Shown: positions 27,457 through 33,949 of the stretch, in pieces
Layout of the letters: each line of letters opens with the position of its first letter
Numbering within the stretch: position 1 is the stretch's first letter
Assembly: GCA_009602735.1 (NCBI GenBank)
Contig: WELA01002297.1
Coordinates: 681,619 to 715,567 of the forward strand
Direction: 5' to 3'
Origin: Mesotaenium endlicherianum
Taxonomy: Eukaryota
Length of the DNA: 33,949 bases
Made by a program: the position numbers and the translations under genes
The notes under the pieces: model-generated
Told to the model about the DNA's origin: nothing
The model's database searches: none
Seen by the model: the letters and a program-made list of their open reading frames with translations, nothing else

Positions 27457-29663
27457 TGGATCGATGGGTCAGATTTCGTCAGTCTTGTCTGGGAGATGAA
27501 AGCTTGCCGCCACGCTGGCTGTTTGCGAGTTGTATACAGGAAGAAGAGGAGCACCTCCTAATTTAGAGCCCTGCGTAAGAAGTCCACGTGCGTAGGAGTC
27601 GCTTCCCCGCCGTCAAGTGCGTGTCTGTGCCTCCTAGCTTTGGCAGAGTTGGCGAAAAGAAGCCCAAAGCCTTGCGGGTCGCTAAATCGAGGGACGGCAA
27701 TGACTCTTTTGTGAAGTCTGCCACTTTTTTGTGTATTCAGCTTGAGGACGAAGCTAACACATAATATGGGCGCTGCCACTGCCACGGGGACACGGGGAAA
27801 ATAGTTGGAAAGTCTGATATGATTAGGTGCGGTCGAAAAGTGCAGAATGGTTCGTGCCTTCTGGGTCGCTCGCACGACAAGCTTGATTGAATCCTGGTTG
27901 CAAGCACAATGTTCACATCAACTCGCCTTGATTCGAAGACGGATGGTGAGCACTTGTAAGAATAAACGTGTCGCTGATCGCTCGTTCCAGTTAAGCTGAA
28001 GGAGGTATGGCAGTGCGTCGTTTATAGTTCGTGCCAACAATTATGTTCCCCGGCTTTCCCACTTGTTTCAAATTAGGATGCAGGCTCCAACTTGCACTGC
28101 ATGCAGCACTGAACCGCCGAAGTGCAACATCAGTATCAACTGGTATCAACTATCACCCAGTTCGCTCTTGTTCGTGTGCTCCAGAAACAAAAAATGGATT
28201 TACAAATGAATTATTACTCTCCTCGTATTTTCTCGGTAGCCTATGCTCTGCAGTGGCTCTGCAGCCTTTGCTTCGTCGGTTGGTCATATCACGTGCTATG
28301 CGCATCTCTGATACGCAGAAAGGAAGGCTTTGCACGCTCTCACAAGGCACCTGGGTCACATGTCTCCAAAGCGCGCCAATTTATCCCACGGCATCTGACG
28401 GCAGCAAACGGCAGCTCAATTTCCCGGCTCTTCCAGAATCCAGAGAGTGACGAGCAGTGCCGAGCGGTTGTTCGGATGCTCACCGACTTTGCCTACCTCC
28501 AGAATTTCTTTACTCTAGTGACGTGACGAGTGCCTAAAGAAGTAACGACTCCCTTAACTATGGCAGTAGCGACACACAATGGTTCCATGTTCTTCCCGTG
28601 TAACACCATATATGTCATTTTCGAGCCACACAAAATACCTCAAATTGGCAGACTTATATAGCTTTGGCGTTTCTAAATATGATGGATCATGGGAACTCGT
28701 ACACGAGTGACAATGACGGGAAGCCTATGGGACACAACAATGTTAAGCGTTGTCCCTCATTGTTGACGGACATCCTCAAAGTGAAGGTTTTTTCATACGA
28801 TCATCACTAATATAAAGATTTATAACGTGTCTCCAATGTGCATTGAGGTCCAGCTTGTAACGCTTGGATCATTTAACATCTACACAATGCAGCGCAATCG
28901 ACTCACATATGCTCATTGTGAAGGTCGATTTAATGTGGAAAATTTCCAGATGACATATGCATATCTAGCTCTTGCAACATGAAAGAATGGCTTCTTATTG
29001 CACGTACTACTCTCCATGCATGTTGCAACATAATTGATGACTTTCTTCCTTGGAGTGGGCGATACATGCGCGACTTAGGGACCCCAAATCATATACAACT
29101 CATAACATCCATATGGGCACAGGAATTAAGGCTTTGTGTTTCTTATACTTTCAATTAGAGAGCAAAGCAGCTTCGCAACATCGAACCTTTTTTTTTTGAC
29201 CCGTGTACAACGGGACAAGACTACTATAGTCCACTACTGGGCACACGATTCTCAAGAGAGAACCTTTTAAGCAAGATAGAGCCTGGCCTTCTTTTCTTGC
29301 AACCAGGCTTTATCAACCCTTCCGACGGCTCATGAGAGCCCCTCACACAACAATCAATCGACACGGAGAACAACGCAGCCCATTGCAGATGCCGTCAATG
29401 GCCAAGCATAGCACTGGTCCATGATCTTCTACGTGCTGCCCAAGACCTTCACACACGCAGTGTACATCAAGCTTGCGGAATCATCTAACTGCCAATATCT
29501 CGTCCGCCGCATCAACCGTCCGACTACCACTGCGCTGCCACGTCACTGCTGCTCAGCCGGCCAGCACCGGGCTGTGCCGCAAATGCAAACGGGCCGGGCC
29601 GCGGGCGGCGGCAGCGGCAGCGGCCGCGGCAGCCTGTGGGCGGCGGGCTCCGCCATGGCACTT

Positions 29664-33949
<4,286 letters not shown>

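Noticed and set aside
28560..29080. Possible highly decayed integrase fragments on the minus strand (VINYVATC, IVVSHRLPVIVT)
   Set aside because: Short resemblances in different frames with many stops; a tBLASTx or HMM search is needed before calling it.
29188..29230. Hairpin CCCGT-GTACA-ACGGG next to a T run, as a Helitron 3' end or LINE tail
   Set aside because: No properly placed CTRR terminus, 5' end or target-site duplication; it could simply be the TRPC4AP 3' flank.

Overview
Eukaryotic genomic DNA: GT-AG introns, GC-rich exons, microsatellite-filled introns and three N gaps. The style suggests a green or streptophyte alga, which is an inference only. From left to right: (1) a Ty3/Gypsy chromovirus on the minus strand with 5' LTR 5650-6370, tRNA-iMet PBS, gag, a -1 frameshift signal, and a PR-RT-RH-IN-chromodomain pol carrying one premature stop. 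It is inserted just behind the zinc knuckle of an older, decayed gag. (2) Two diverged, oppositely oriented copies of a ~1.4-1.6 kb LTR-like repeat. (3) A tandem pair of 4-exon genes (11739-13666 and 19223-21284) that I could not assign to a family. They have identical exon sizes and encode 343-aa secreted preproproteins ending in RKLL plus a nearly invariant 54-aa, 6-Cys peptide. Each is preceded by a related ~280-bp inverted-repeat element. This pair is the best candidate for an undescribed system (peptide hormone, pheromone or defence-peptide precursors). (4) A 3-exon tail-anchored ankyrin-repeat gene. (5) The 3' five exons of a TRPC4AP/TRUSS-like gene.
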